A DNA stretch of 64,000 nucleotides from Marsupella aquatica (Eukaryota; Plantae; Marchantiophyta), in contig OZ316893.1 of assembly GCA_973895155.1 (NCBI GenBank), positions 22,231,844 to 22,295,843 on the forward strand. Direction: 5' to 3'. A model generated the notes under the pieces. That model searched no databases and was not told where the DNA came from. It saw only the letters and a list, made by a program, of their open reading frames with translations. The position numbers were made by a program, and so were the translations under genes. Shown here one piece after another: positions 10,398 to 25,052 of the stretch. Each line of letters opens with the position of its first letter. Position 1 is the stretch's first letter.

Positions 10398-13024
10398 TCG
10401 AACCCAGTCCAAGAACGCCGCCGAATCAATTGTGTAAATGTTGAACTGGCCTAGCTGCATGATTTCATGTTAGGCAACGGAGTACTCAAGAGGGAGCAAG
10501 CTGGCACAATTTGGGATACTGCTCATACTCCGTCCCTTCAACCCAAGATGTACAGAATGATGTAGCGAGGAATTGGGAGTGCAGGTCAATGTAGCAAGCC
10601 ATGCACCCAAATTATTCAGATCGAACGTCGACGCCCGCGTCGACGATTCATAGAGATTTTCGCGCGCTAGACAAAGCCAGTCACCAGACGCGATGATTAT
10701 AGAAGCGAGACGACCGGTTCATGTGTCTTGATCAGACATTCAGCCAAATCACATGCAGCTATGGCCAATACGCGTAAATTTAGAGATAAATTGTAGGGGT
10801 ATCTAATGGCAATTGACACCAATTGTGGCCAACGTACTCCTTCCCTCGGTACAAGCAATGTGAGGTACTAATTAATTAAGTGCGCGTTTTGCTAAGTAAC
10901 GTGCACTCGATCACCACTCACATTCAGAGCGGGATTCAGAGTTGTCCAAATTGACTGAGGGATTGCCCTTACGAAAGATGCAAGGCCACATCTTTCAACT
11001 TACATTCTTCGAGAGGAAGTAGTCTTGAGGCACAATCTTATTCAAGGTAAGGCTTAATTAATTTCCGGATGTTTCACAGAGACATTCTCGAGGACGGGCT
11101 CGAGGACACATTCATATTAATCACAGCGGTCCGGAGCTGTTGAGATTCCAGATATTTAGAGGCACACGTGACAGTGCGGAATTTGCAAACACCAGCGTCA
11201 TCAGATAGGTATCGTTAGGCACATGCGGCAAGCTAGGCTGGGCTTTCCAAGATTCTAACGAATTCATTCTTAGTTGACGGATGTGCACAGTCTAGGCAAA
11301 GCTGTTTGAAGATATACTCTTGAAGGGATTCTAGAGAACTCGTTCCAAACCTTAAATACTCACGGACTTCATTTTTGTTGTGAAGAAGTTTTCGTGTCTT
11401 ACAGAGTCTACATTTAAAGATTTTCGATCAATAGCTAGGATGATGAAAGCTACAGAACTCATTTGTAATTTATTACTTGTTCATTTCTGTCCCAGTATGA
11501 AAATTAGTTATTGGATTGTCTTACAAACTGTAGGTGATGACTGAAGGGCCATAGACGGAGACTGTTCTATAAACTTTAGTAAATAGGCGAACGCGTTCGT
11601 GATTGTGCAGAGGTACTTTGTGCAGGACTCAAAATAAATAGAATTTTTTTCTTATTGCAATTATGGCTCTCCATGAATCGATGTCGAAGGGTTGGACTAT
11701 TTACGTCGGGCGATAATGACGGTATGTTGAGGGTGCAAGAAGGTTTCCCCGTTCAGGAGTTGCTCGTTCAACTAGGACTCAAAGCTTTGGTCGATTTAAC
11801 TTACAAAGGTGAATGGATACAATGGTGAATGGAGCTCAATCTGAATACACAAGTCCTCCCATGTGGCTAGGGAATGCAAGTGTCTCCAATTGCACACAGG
11901 ATGACAGCTCCGCTTAAATTCTGAGACATCCCTTACTTAGTTGAACATCTCTAATAGTCGTGTCCCGTCTTACATTTTTTCGATTTAATTGTACATGGAT
12001 CAGACTCTTAAATTTGCTCTAATTGCAAATCGGAGACGATGAATGCGATCGACAGGTCATCCCCGAGTGAATTGTGAACAGATAATTGAAAGTATCTTGA
12101 CCTCTGATCTCGATCTTCAGACAATTCCACTAATGAATCGAGACCAGGGCAGCATTGAGGCGTCAAATTAAAGGAAATTTTACACATCTTGAAACGGATA
12201 ATACCTCGTGGCAAATTAATTAACGAGATTCCACAAAACGTACAAGTATTCATTCGTTTCCTCAATGTAGGCGCAAGTTTCCTGCCATCGATTATCAACC
12301 CTGCGGGCACCTGTTGTTGGTTCTGAGCGGCTCTGTAGCACGAACACCCTGCTTTACACATCCTTTGTGCTTGAGAGGCAGATTTGTGTTGAGCAGCTGA
12401 TGAAGTGTGATTGTAAAAAATGTGTGATGGAGACAGTACTTGTGGCTTCTACCCCAAAACTTTATTGCAATAGAGTGGTTCAATCTTGCTTCCAGTTGCA
12501 TTTTGCTTAACACTTGCTAAAGTCATCACCAAGGCCTCGTTAGCTCGGGCGTTAGCTTTGGTTATCGGCCTTCTCAATAAAAAGCTATTAATGGTCATTG
12601 ATGTGGAGTAGGTGGTTGAAGCATTCCTATGTCATGATTTGCAAATTGACAATACTTTAGAGTCATTGCTTGGCCAGTTAAGTCCATGCACTCTTTTGCT
12701 GATGAGAATCCAAGCAACATCAGCACTATTGGTCATATTAAACAAGAATGGTCTGTTATGTAGAAAGCACCAAACAACACTATGTGTGTTTGAATAAAAT
12801 AGAAGAAAAATAATTAGACCTTTTAACTGAAAAAATTTGAAAACTGAAAACTAACCTTTCAAATAAACCAAGAAAGGGGTGAAAAGGGGGTAAAAGAAAA
12901 TAACATTTGGATGGGTTGTGAATGATATATCAATGTTTCCAATAGATTGTATGAGTTCTATTTAATTAATAATTTTTGGAATAACCATGGGTAGAACAAA
13001 ACTCCTCAACTACCATAAGTGTTG

Positions 13025-13340
13025 ACCATAGACAACATTTGCAACTGCAAGCCCATGAACCATCCAACGTACAATAGTCGACACAGAGAGATACGTGGTT
13101 TATCTCCAGGGCTTTACTGCACTCTAGGTCGACCGGCCATACCAAGCATCCACAACGCAAATTCTTCCTATCTCTCAATTAACTCCGTAACAATGAGCCT
13201 AAGCTAGTTCCACCAGGGTCTGACATCAGCCCTGACTTAATACACAATAGCACTACCGCTAACATTAGCTAAGTCCTAACCCGAGTTAGCCTTTAACTGT
13301 GGTTAGCTCATGAGTCACAAGACTAGAGCAATACCTAACA
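13025..13340. repeat. Dispersed repeat (LTR-fragment-like), copy 1
   Basis: Aligns by eye with 47478-47828 (CAAGCCCATGAACCATCCAACG...GAGTCACAAGACTA..GAGCAATACCTAACA). The similarity stops at TAACA in both copies. Confidence 0.75.
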
Positions 13341-15193
13341 ATAACATTTAGTACCAAGATAATGTAAGAAATGATTCCGTTACTATGGAAAAAGAAACAC
13401 GAAGGGAACATAAGATACCCTTTGACTATTATGGATAAAGTAATACCAAATGTAATTAAAAAACCCTTTCATTGGCTTTTATAGTATTTTGCATGGACTC
13501 TATGTACATGGGAGTACCAAGTGAAGGTTGTGTATGAACTTCTTCCATGAATAATCTACTCGTTCTTCCCCTCTCTGAATACCATCAAACTTACATATGA
13601 ACCAAGGGTCCTCGAACTAATTTCTCCTCTGGAATTGTACAATTTACCAGAAATATTTAGACTCAAAAACTAACACCAGGTCTATTCTGGATAGATGCAA
13701 ATAATGGACAACACCATGACATATCAACTATGTATCAAGAAACTAATGAAACAAAACCATGATGGCTATTCAAAATATATGCCATTATCTAAGAGTGAGT
13801 GGTCTGCCTCAGTGTAAGTGGGCTCTAACTTTTATTCTCTAAAACTAGCCATATGACCTGTTCTTTGCACTTAAACAAATATGAAGAAAAATTTTGCACA
13901 ATAAAATTTATATGCTATTTTTGTTAGTCTTTGCCCCCAATTTTTTTTTATCCATTCTCATTTCAGTTTTATCTTTATTTAAAGTCCATATCACTTTTGT
14001 CCATCCTCATTAAAATTTTGACCTTATTGGACCTCATTATCAGTTTTGTGTGTAGTGGTAGTTACCATCTAGAGGCTTCACTATAGATCTAAGCCCTTAA
14101 GAGTAGGTTTCAGTTGAGGCTTTTATAGTAAGATGGAGGGCCAGAAAATAGTGCAAGGTTTTTCCTAAAATTGAAAATGCCGTTAATGTTACCAAGACTA
14201 ATTTGCCCAGCCACATCAGATACTGTGGATAGTGTAAACTATTTCCTAGCATCTCGGTGCAGCAAGCTCCGCTTGAAACTGCATTATTTTCGTCTCCACT
14301 CTACAGTAGGACTCAAACGAAGCTGTGGGAAATCTTACGAGCTGTAACGACATGGCACATTTGAAAAAGTTGATTTGCATTCGCCATGCAAGACTCTTCC
14401 TCTACAGCTAAAGCAGTCATAGCCAGACTTTCAAGCTCAAACTTTGGAGGTGGCCCTTCACCTCCTAGGGTCCCTCAGAGTAGCTTAGCCTAGTTGAGGT
14501 GAAATGGCATTAGAACAATTATAACGGGAAACAAGTGCTGTCCTAGCCATGCTTTTTAGGTTCTCCAGTAAGCAAATCGTTTAGTCTTCTAGAGTACTCT
14601 CAGTACTGCCTGATGTTCGATCACTAGTGTTGTGTAATGGGACCTTTGGTTCGAATTGTTCTGCTTCACCGCTTCTGGGTGATTACTTACCACTTATACT
14701 TATTCTTCCAGTCAGTGATTAATACCACTTACTTATTCTTGCAGTGAGCAGAGTCCGACTTGTCAGGCTCTGTTTTAACTTTGGCTTACTCTCACATCTC
14801 TCTTCGTTTTAATTTTGGCCTAGGCTTAATTTTTTTTTCTATTTTCCATATAATATAATACAGTTTGCCAACAGCAGATGATCCAAAAGGCGGGAGACCA
14901 AATAAAGAGAAGAAACAAAAATAAAACTCAGGAAAACCCAAAAAATCCAAAGAGCCAAAAAGCAGGACTGAGAAACTAATAAAGCCTGCTTAACTTGGTG
15001 TTCTGATTTTTAATTCTCAGATAAAATCGCTTTCGAGTAATAAAATCACGGATATGGGCTCCTATAATAAGGGGATCCCTGTTTTAACAAACGAGGTATG
15101 GACTAAGCATGGGCTAAGACAGTATGGGCTGAATATGAGCTAATTCTCATGTTGTTCTGTGCTAATTTTGGCAGAGTTATGGGCTCGTTTGGG

Positions 15194-15347
15194 CTCCCCT
15201 GTTCTCGGTGCTGAACTGCTCATCAATTCATCATAGAGTAGAGCGGAGCTGCACAGTTCATACGCTTAGACTCCCCTGTTCTCGGTGCTGAACTGCTCAT
15301 CAATTCATCATAGAGTAGAGCGGAGCTGCACAGTTCATACGCTTAGA
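15194..15347. repeat. Perfect tandem duplication, 2 x 77 bp
   Basis: CTCCCCTGTTCTCGGTGCTGAACTG...CAGTTCATACGCTTAGA starts at 15194 and 15271. Confidence 0.92.
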
Positions 15348-18300
15348 CTACGCCAGTCCATCGACTTCAACGCAGTACAGAGTGGAAGCTTTACGAGAGC
15401 TTTTGGGAGCAAATTTTTATTTTTTATGCCGATGTCAAAGATACGTCACGTGAGCGTGAGATGTTCTGTCGGGATCTTGAAGGCTTCCGTCCACCTGTCT
15501 TCTTAGAGTCATGCGCAAAGAGCACGAAAATTGAGGACCTTGAAATAAATTACTCTGCGATGGCATGGATCGAAGGAGCAACCGAGAACCGCGAATCAAA
15601 AACTTGAGATCTGTCTACACCTAGACCTCGGAACGACAGTTTATCGACATGACTCTGGCATTACTATATAGGTCCACGTCTCTTCTTAAAGTCATGGGCT
15701 CAAACTAGCTTGTGGTTGTTTGCACTGTAGTCTCCTACATCGATCATTTCTCTAATTATTCAGAAAGCTTCGAACTTCCAATAAATACAAAGTGTTTAGC
15801 ATGCCCTGCTTCTCACTTTTGAGCCCATTCCTTTGGCTCTTTAGCTTTCGGTTCTTTAGTTGGGGGCAAGGCAGACATTCTGTGTTGGTCTCCTACAACA
15901 GATACACTACAAAATTTGACACATTAGCATGACTTTTGAATGAATCGAAGAAAGTTGTATTGTATGAAAGACGCTGGCATGCATGATTGGACCGCGCATC
16001 TTGCAACCTCCGTTAGAACCCTGGGCTGGTGAGCAGACAGTCCCAATCCGTGCATAAATTGCTTCCGAAAGTTCCGCAACAAAAGCTTCTATCAGCATTA
16101 TTTGAGCCGAACTGTAGCAAGCAGATTGTAACTTTTCTCATCGATCCGCGTAGCACCTAAGGAGTGGATCTCGAGTACTAATCCAGTTTGTGCGGCGGAC
16201 CAGACCTCTCGCTTGACGCAAGCAACGTTGCCACTGTAGCTTGACTCCATTCCACGCAACGCACGCGACATGCGGGTACATTGTGTGACCTTCATATGTT
16301 CCATAGTCGATCACGGGGTTGAGTGTTTGAGACATAGTTGGACCGCGCACGCTAACGTGGGCAGTCAGAGGAAGCAAAACGAGGGAATAGCGTGATCGAA
16401 AGTGATACACGAGGTTCCATTCTTATTAACTTTCCTGAACACTTGAATTGTTGGCGAGCGCTTCATCTCGAAGAGCGACTAGCTAGTGAGGAAACTGTCA
16501 ACCCCTTCAATTGCCAGAGACCGGTTTTCACGCAAGCTAGGACGACATTCTCGAGCTTGTCAGCAAGATGGGAGACTTGGTATGGATAGATTTACAAAAG
16601 TTTGATGGGGATCTCCTCGAGGAAGCCACCCGCACACGAAACATAATGGTGTCGATTGTTGTCGTCGTTGGATACCTGACATTCGCACACATCGCGGCTC
16701 CTGCGATTTGGAAGTACTTCTCCCAAAAGTTATATGTTTTCTTTGCCCTGGGCGAATTAAGTTTGCACGCGGGCGGGGCACTGAATGTCTGGGAGGACGA
16801 GTTGGCGCACCCAGGCTACCCGCGTAAATGATAACGACATACTCCTCATTAGGACAGAGAATTCATTAAGGTTTGTGCCATTTCATTACCTTTCTCAGCT
16901 CTCAACCCCGCTCTCAACTGTAAGATTGCAAATGTATCGGTGGGAGAAAATTATTGTTGACGAACCTCCAAAATTATCACGAACAGAATGATCAGGTCTG
17001 TTGCAAACTAAGGAACGAATGATAATTTTTGGTTCACGCAAACTGTAATGGAGAGACTAGGTAGTCCTGAGATCAATGGATGCAGTGTGAGGATTGACCC
17101 AAGCGGATTCCTACGTAATGGGCTTGTTTGATTGTTTGAGAATCGCCTGATTGAGTTTTGTGTTTGCAGAAGACGACTTGGCAGCACAATCCAGGTGAAC
17201 GAAAACATTCAATCCTTAACTGAAACGACTGCACAACGACATGCGACGAAGCTCAATTCTGTCGCTATGCTCCTGAATGGGCAGAAATCAAATTTGATAA
17301 TTTCCGGTATACGCAGTTTGATGTGCCCGATACGGAAAGAATTACTTGAAGCAGTCAGCAGAGGAATCGGCCAGGTCGCGGGGATGGGCGGCTCTTCGAA
17401 AGCTCTGTCGAAGACTGTAATTGCTCACTTGTAGTAAGCCTGAGAGCCAGAACCAGCATATTAGGTTTCTGTCTTGTTTGGGGAACGAAGAAGTACGAAT
17501 TCAATCCGGCTACCGCAATCTCGCGCGCTCGAGTTTATCCTCGTCTGCAAAACATATTTTGCACAGAAGAATGTCTGCGTGGGAAGTCCCTCAAGTGTTG
17601 GATACCGGGAGACGGCCGCATAACGAAAATCATATTAGATCTCCTTGGGCAGATGGGTTCATTTGTCGGTGTTTCCCAACTTACACTTCCTGCTCCCTTA
17701 TCTATTTGGGGTGCGGACAATTTTGTAGCCACGAAGTCACAGGAACTTCAGCTTCATAGGTCTGCTTGCTCGAGGTGCGGACAATTTTGGAGCCCACTAA
17801 TTAAGTTCCAAGAACTTTGGCTCCACATGTCTAAGTAGTCTATCCGAAGTTCTGTTCACTCGAGTCAGAGGGTTCTTAATTAATTTCGTACATATGCATC
17901 GATCGTCGAAGCGTTACTTCCCATTGTAAACAGGCACAACATTCCTTCAAGAAGCCTCGGAACCTAGGTGGAAACAAATCACTGCAGTACAGACATGGTG
18001 GTAACTTGTACCTTCGGCTTTTTGCGGCATCTGACAAGGGAATGGAATTCTGCCGGTCTCGGCCTTCGGAGATGCTGTGCTCAGTCAAGACAACCATTCC
18101 ACAGTAGAATAGAATGATCATGAGCCTGAAGTACTTATTGAAATCGGAGGCTTCGGCACATTTTCTCGTCCATGAAGCTCGATCGGTGGACGAACAAGGC
18201 ATCTCATGGATAGGGCCGGCTCAGGATTTCTAGGTTCAGTAGTAGCGTAATTAAAGAGCGAACAACGTGGAGAAGAAACGAATGAGAGCTGTCTGTGGGA

Positions 18301-18501
18301 ATGGGCTTTTCGGATGATTTCAACCAATATCATAGGCTAGCGTTCCGGGGCAGCAGCCAGAATGCAAACAAGTTGTTTGCACGAGAGAAAATACGTTTGG
18401 AATTTGCATGACGTCTTTCTTTCTAAAAGATCCTTTTCCCCGAAAAGACGGTTGTCAATAAGCTTTTATGCTTTTTTCACATAGTACTATAGTAGGACAT
18501 C

Positions 18502-18890
18502 TGTGGGTCCTTTGTTGTGTTGCTGTGGGGGACTCCTTGGTTTGTTGTTGTGCCTATTGGACTTCTTGGGACCTTTTCCTTTAATTCCTCTCCCCCCTCC
18601 CTTTATTGGATTGGCTTGCATTGCCTGTGGGTCCTTTGTTTTTTGCTGTTGGGGGACTCATTGGCTTGTTGGGGCTCGATGGTCTTCTTGGGGCCTTTTT
18701 CCTTTAATTCCTCTTCCCCCCTCTTTATTGGATTGGCTTGCATTGCGTATGGGTCCTTTCTTTTTTGTTACTTGGTTGTTTATGTTGTTGTGGGGGACTT
18801 CTTGGCTTGTTGGGCCTCCTTGGTCTTCTGCCCTTTCCTTTAATTCCTCTTCACCCTTTCTCCTTTATGGATTGGCTGCATCATTTGCCT
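18502..18890. repeat. Degenerate tandem repeat, about 3 x 122-124 bp
   Basis: TGGGTCCTTT...GGGGGACT...TTTCCTTTAATTCCTCT...TTTATTGGATTGGCTTGCATTGC recurs three times. This explains the repetitive hydrophobic ORFs here. Confidence 0.85.
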
Positions 18891-20045
18891 TTAATTGGGA
18901 CCCTCTCTGAGTTAGTTTTTGTCCTTTAGTATTGTGATAACATTTCAATTGATAAAATATTCTCTCAAGTGTGAGTGGTCTCCACACAATCAATCATGGT
19001 CTGGTGTGGCGTTATGTTGTGGCAAATGTATACCTGTCAAAAAGTTTGTGTCCTGCCCATCCACTTGGTCAACTAAAGAGTCGCCCTTTCTACAAAAGAA
19101 TACCCTTGGACTATCATCAAACCCAAAGGAGCAAGCCCAAATAATCCAAAATATAATTTAGGGCAGCTCGATCAAGTCACGATCATGGAGCCCTATCTAA
19201 AATGAAATCTAGCACTGTCTAATCTCACATCTTAGCCAGGAAAGGGTCTGAATGCATCCCATATACCAACTACGATTCCTACATGCACCAACATTGAGCA
19301 GCACAACTGCAGCTAATTCAAGGAGTAGCAATAATTAATGAAAAGGAAAGATTGAATAACCTTGCAAAGGAAAGAATCACAATTTGACAGACTAAAACTT
19401 ACTTTCCAGTAATCCACAGGTTGGTGACATATGTTAAAATCATTTACAGCTTCAACCCAGCCTTGTGTATAGTCCTAAGCTAGAGGAAAACAAGTCCAAC
19501 AAAACAGGGAACAAATATGCATGTCAAGTCCTAAATTTGGACTTTCACATTCTTGGAATCTGTAACTCCCACCAATAGCATAATTAGATGGTAACTAGAA
19601 CTTATAAGTGTAAAGAATTATAGTTTAGTAACATACTTTGATCAAACGCTGCTCTGGACTGGCAGGCAATCTCCCCGGAACATTATAAATCTGTACCAGA
19701 ACCCGTCTGGAAGTACCTATCGGCTGGCAATCAAACCGGATGCCATGAACACCTATTTCTCAACCAAATGCCCAGACACGATGCGACCCCATAATATAGC
19801 ATGTTCATCTTGGAACATGCTTCATTTTTATTTATTTTTAGTGATATGCAGATGATCTAATTTTTTGTGGCAAATATAAACAGGGCATTGATTAGGAAGA
19901 TGTAAGGTCTATGATATTGAAAAATTGTGCACATAGTAAAAGAGTACACATGTAAAGAAAAGTAATAATGAACAGGAAAAGTTTAAGTCTATGGTATTGG
20001 GTTGTCCACATAATGTACATGAGTAGAGATATTTATGTATTTACT

Positions 20046-20797
20046 CTCGGGGGGGGGGGGAGACTATAAAAAATCTTAGGAACCATGTGCAATCCAAAAT
20101 ATATATTTTTCATAGAAATTAACTAAATTTAAAAAATATAAGAAACAAAAGAAGGAAGTATAAACCCATATTTGTAAAATATTTTCTAATATATACATTT
20201 TATAAAGTATATAGATCATTAATATTGAAAATAGAATTTTTTTTTGGAATATTCTTGTTATAAAATATGTGTGTTTATATTAGGCTAAGATCGCACGTGG
20301 TACCCCATGTCACACCATTCTAGGTAGTGTTAGAGTGTATCATATTATCTAGATTCGTATGTTTAGTATGTGTGTTATATGAGCCAATAAGGTTCTGTTA
20401 GGTTTGTGTGAGAGAGTAGTTCTCTCTTGTGAGACATCGAAAGGGTTATCTTTTGATGTTGAGCCTGAAGTTGAGAGCTTAGCTATGGTAGTTGAGAGCT
20501 CTCTTATGTAACGTGGATTCCTTAAAGCACAAGGTGCGTTGGGCTTGACATACTTGTGTGATCGCATTGGACGGATCGTTGTCGGATTGACATCGATTGT
20601 TGTTCCATTTTCTGCACTTGAAAAGATTATTGTGAGTTTTGGACATGTGTGGACATGAGTTCCACTTGTATTCCATTCTCTTGTGTTTGTGATGTGATAT
20701 TGTGACTATGTCTTGATGTATGTGACAAATGATGTATGTTGTGTAGCGATGTGTATGCGCACGATACCCAAAATATACACTAAGTTAACCCTCCGAG
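20046..20797. mobile_element. Non-autonomous TIR element, CTCGGG family, degenerate and composite
   Basis: Ends CTCGGGGGGGGGGGG... / ...AACCCTCCGAG. Flanks TATTTACT / TACTTACC (6/8 match, decayed 8-bp TSD). Confidence 0.55.
20308..20727. mobile_element. Solo-LTR-like segment (TGTCACA...TGTGACA)
   Basis: Perfect 7-bp inverted TG...CA ends, about 420 bp long. The 5-bp flanks do not match (CCCCA/AATGA). Confidence 0.4.
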
Positions 20798-23259
20798 TAC
20801 TTACCTTAGGTAATGACACTCGAATTAATTAAAATCATAAATTTAGGACACAAAACCACTAGTACAACTTAAAGACACAAGGAGTGCACCTTATTTAGAT
20901 CATTTCTTCTTCACTCATGAGAATAAGGGCTAGAAATTACATAAGATTTGTTAAAGGGTGGATGATCTTACCTATAGCAAAGATTAAAACATTTAGAGGG
21001 GTGGCAGAATAAACTCAAAATCTAAACTATACAAAGGATGCACTGTGGTAAAACACATTGAACTAAAAATACATAACAAAAGGAGTTTGAATAAGACAAA
21101 ATAATGAAAGTTGCATTCACTATATAGCGCATCAAAATTTAGTATAAAAGGATGTATATCGTGGGATGTTGGAGGACCCATGTTACTTCAAGTGAGACTG
21201 GTTGCACAGACATCAATTGAAGTAACTGTGGACTGATCCCAGAGGGTAGGAAAAATTGAAATCTCATTGAATGAGGAGACCCTGTGGGAGATCTTCAGTC
21301 CAAGTGGACCCTCTGCCCCAGAATATACGACTTGTATATTTTGTCTGAGTTCTTAAAGAACAAGGATACAAGACTATAAATTACATATTTTGTGGAGGCA
21401 ATTGGCCCAGTATATGTCATGGAAAGTTAGCTTAATATCAATACTCCCATCATGTACTGATACACTCAAGCTATATTTAAGGAGTCACAATTATTATTCT
21501 ATGACAACAATAAGTATCTGAATTGACCTGCATTTCTGGATGAACCTGGCTTTCACTCCATGAATGACAAATTGAGCACATATTATCTATAAACTTCTCT
21601 ATTGGCCAAAAGGTATGTGAATGACTTGCACTCCGTGAGATCCGGCCCATCCGTGAGATGTGTAAAATGATTTTGTATATTATAAATTAAATATGAAATT
21701 CCGGATGAACTGCCGCCTATTGCAGCCATATTCCGACAGTTTGTGTTGGGGACGATTATCTAATTATCATATTTATTGCAAATTTAATTGATCATTTTCA
21801 GTTAATAAACAATTTAAAAGCTAGCTCGTGCAACACCTAATTCTCTTAAGTGCGTGCTGTTCCAAAGAAGTACTTGGAAATAATTCAAACCTCATGATAA
21901 CATCATGAAGGTGTTTTGAATGGCATCCATCTCATCCTTAATTTTACATCTTGCTGTGCAGCAAGTCATTGATGAAGGCGAATATGTGATCAAGCAAGCA
22001 GACGATACACTTGCTACGAATAAGAAGGTAAGTGCTGGTTAAGGAATCAAACCCCATATTTTACTAGTACTTCACATGAGCTAGAAGTGAATACATATGG
22101 AGATGTACGTGGCTCGATGTGTTCAGCTGGAGATTATTGATGTTTTTTACAGGGGCTGAAAGGTCTCACCGGTTCATGCAGACTGTTTCGTGCAGTGCTT
22201 CAGTGACATAATCGATTCTTTTATCGATAAATGTGTAGAGGAGGAGTTGGTATCTCTTAGAATTTCAAAGAGGTTATCTCGCCAACATCCCTGTCCGGTA
22301 ATTTGGGAGATGGACTGAGCTTGAATGTCTAAGTATGTATTCTCGTTTCCAGACTGAAAAGGATATCCAGAGCTGCCTAGCAAGATTACTATTCTGTACG
22401 TTTGTGATGTTTAAGTACGTCTTAGTTACCATTCCATTTTCTACTTCAGATAAACTAGCTGCAAATTAAGTGGTGGACAGACAAATTGTTTACCGTTCTT
22501 GGTTCACGTGTACTACGTACTTTTTTCAAGTATTTAATAAGGGTTTCAAAGGGTACGCCCGGACACTCTGCATTACATGTCCACCATAAATCAGTACAAT
22601 TAAAACCGAGCCTGTCCATAAGATCCATATCTTTATCCGGCCAATTCAAAAGAATTGGGACCTGAATCCATTGCCCGGAAGAAGTCCCACTGTTAATTTG
22701 AAGCAAGCTAGTATCAAAGTTATAGTTCCATCTGTATCTGGCAAAGTCAACCAGTCTAGCCTTGGTTCAAGTCATTATTGCTAAAAGAAAGTCAAGAATA
22801 GAGAGATAACCAAATAAGATAAGGTAAGAGGAAAAGTAGACTATCCCTAACAAAGCCAATGGACACTATCCTATGCCACCCTGCTATGAAAGGTCAGAGT
22901 TGTAGAGGGAAATGTTGAAATTACCAAAGATTGCTCTGCACAATCTGTAGAAGATCGCGAACGAGGCAGCTTCTTTGCTAGGAATTGAGCATTAAGCTAG
23001 CTCTCGATCGAAGCCCTCCAATTCATCCGTAGGGCTGAATTTCAAAACTTGCTCAATCTCATGTGAGTCAAGGATGTCCTGCATTGAATCCTCCACACTG
23101 ACGTCTTTCGGCATGTTCCTTGATGGCTTCATTTGTTGTCTTGGACAACGGGGCCGCTAAAAAGAACGTACCCCACTCAGATATCTCTTTCTCCAAGGCA
23201 AACAGATTCCCTTTGTTGGAAATGAACCACACTCGAACGAAGATGGATACAGCCACAAA

Positions 23260-23330
23260 GGGCTTGTAGCTCAGTGGTAGAGCACTACGATATACACGGG
23301 AGGTCTTAGGTTCAATTCCTAGCCGGTCCA
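23260..23330 (+). pseudogene. tRNA-derived sequence (tRNA pseudogene or SINE head)
   Basis: GGGCTTGTAGCTCAGTGGTAGAGC...GGTCTTAGGTTCAATTCCTAGCCGGTCCA. Intact A box, B box, D arm and T arm, near-complete acceptor stem. The anticodon stem is mispaired (CTACG/CGGGA) and no oligo-T terminator follows. Confidence 0.75.
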
Positions 23331-25052
23331 TGCTGTTGAAAGTTCCAACACCCTTACCTTCTTGGCTGCTAGTTCACCCCATATATAACACCTTTGAAAG
23401 GTTTCGTGCAGACCAAACTGTTGCTATGAAAATTGCATGCAGAAGCACAGCACTTTTGAACAATTAACTCTGCGCAGAAGTTTAGCAGCACGGATCTGCA
23501 AGATGCAATGATGCTACAAAGCCAAGAATATCAGATCTCCTAGATAATCTTGTCTACCTCTATATGATCAACGCCTAGGTGACAGGAAATAGAAAAGGAT
23601 GGGAACAGGACCCACACGATCTTAAGGCCTAACTTTGCAGAGCTTCCGGAAAGCTACACAACATACTGACCATGTTCTGGTAGAGGAGGAACATTTATAT
23701 TCAGAAGGGAGGGAGGAAGGGTTGAGGAGTGGAAGTGGAGGGTCCTACTGACTAAGGAATGCCTTCATCTAATCTTAGCTGGCAACCAAGGTTTTAGCCC
23801 AAGTGTACTAGCTTGAAGAGTGACTCAGGGTGTGTCGATCGATGGGATGAGTGGAATCTGACTAGTGACTCAGTATGGGTATAGGGATTTAATCGAGGAT
23901 ACTGGAAGGCTTTACAGAGGGCGGCCTTACAGAGGACAAATTAGTTGGCAAGACATGACCACACGTGACCACACAGGACGCACTTCCTTCCATTGAAGCC
24001 TACGAGTACATGCATGAGACGTTAAGTCTCCCAGTACTTCTCTCCTGCTAGCTGGTGTATGCAGCACTGACTACGGACAGTACGTAAGTGCCTAATCTAA
24101 TGCCTCTCCTGCGGGAAGAAAACACAAGCATGACATCATATGATCTATCGACCTGCAGTCTCTGTAGTTGATCGTCAGTACGTGCCCTTCTGTCTTGCTT
24201 TGGCAAACAAGACCCCTTCCCCAGGCCACTTAAATCAATTAACTCTACAAGGCCCTAAGTGGAGAATTGAGAAGGGAAGAGGAGTCCAACTGCCTAGGGA
24301 AGATTGAATGCAGGTATCAATGTCACCAAACTCAGGAAGAATGGTATTAGCCACGGGTCTCTGACCAACTGTGACTAGCTCAACGGGTGTAACGGTGAGT
24401 GGGGCAATGATAGCAGAAAGCCAGGCAGCGGAAATAGCTTCTTTGGAAGTATCTGCATTACTAGACTGCAGACGAAACAAACATAGGATCAAGAGATCTC
24501 TTTCGATTGCTTGTTATTTCTATGCAGCATAGACTATATAGTCACGTACAGGCTAGGAGAGTGAAAATAGATAGACGGACCGACTCAGATATCACCTAGG
24601 GACCCTTGCTGGCCCTTGCTAAGTGAAGTGAGTATTTCCTCCTACCCAAAGTCGTCGAAGTTCCCCAACAATCTGCATCTTCATCCACAATAATACCAAT
24701 ACTTTTCTATCCGCAATATTTCATATGTACCATATGTAACTTACGGCAAGAATTAAATATTCTAGGGATTAGCATAAGTTTCACTCTGATCATGTCATTG
24801 GTTCATACTTCTATGACAATATGAAAGTAGAAAACCTTCCTATTTGGAAGAAGTTGGACCAACCCATGATCATAACCTATCCTATATATATTAGTGTCAT
24901 GAATATGTGAGCTGAACAAATAGATTCAAGTACCTGCTATAATTCAAGGACAAAGTCACAATATTGAGAAGAAAAAGATACACAAAAGACATGCCTATTG
25001 TACAGTTAGTTCCTTCAAACAAATGTATGGTAAGTTAATAAGGCAAAAAATA

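Noticed and set aside
10623-10670. GC-rich hairpin followed by CTAG (Helitron 3' end)
   Set aside because: The spacing and the base after CTAG are atypical, and no 5' end or second copy was seen.
16568-16831. 87-aa ORF with a hydrophobic stretch
   Set aside because: No recognisable family or clear gene structure, so it cannot be supported without a homology search.
18503-18929. Hydrophobic Cys/Leu-rich ORFs
   Set aside because: Translation artefacts of an A-poor tandem repeat.
23260-23330. Functional tRNA gene
   Set aside because: The anticodon stem is mispaired, the loop is non-canonical and there is no terminator.
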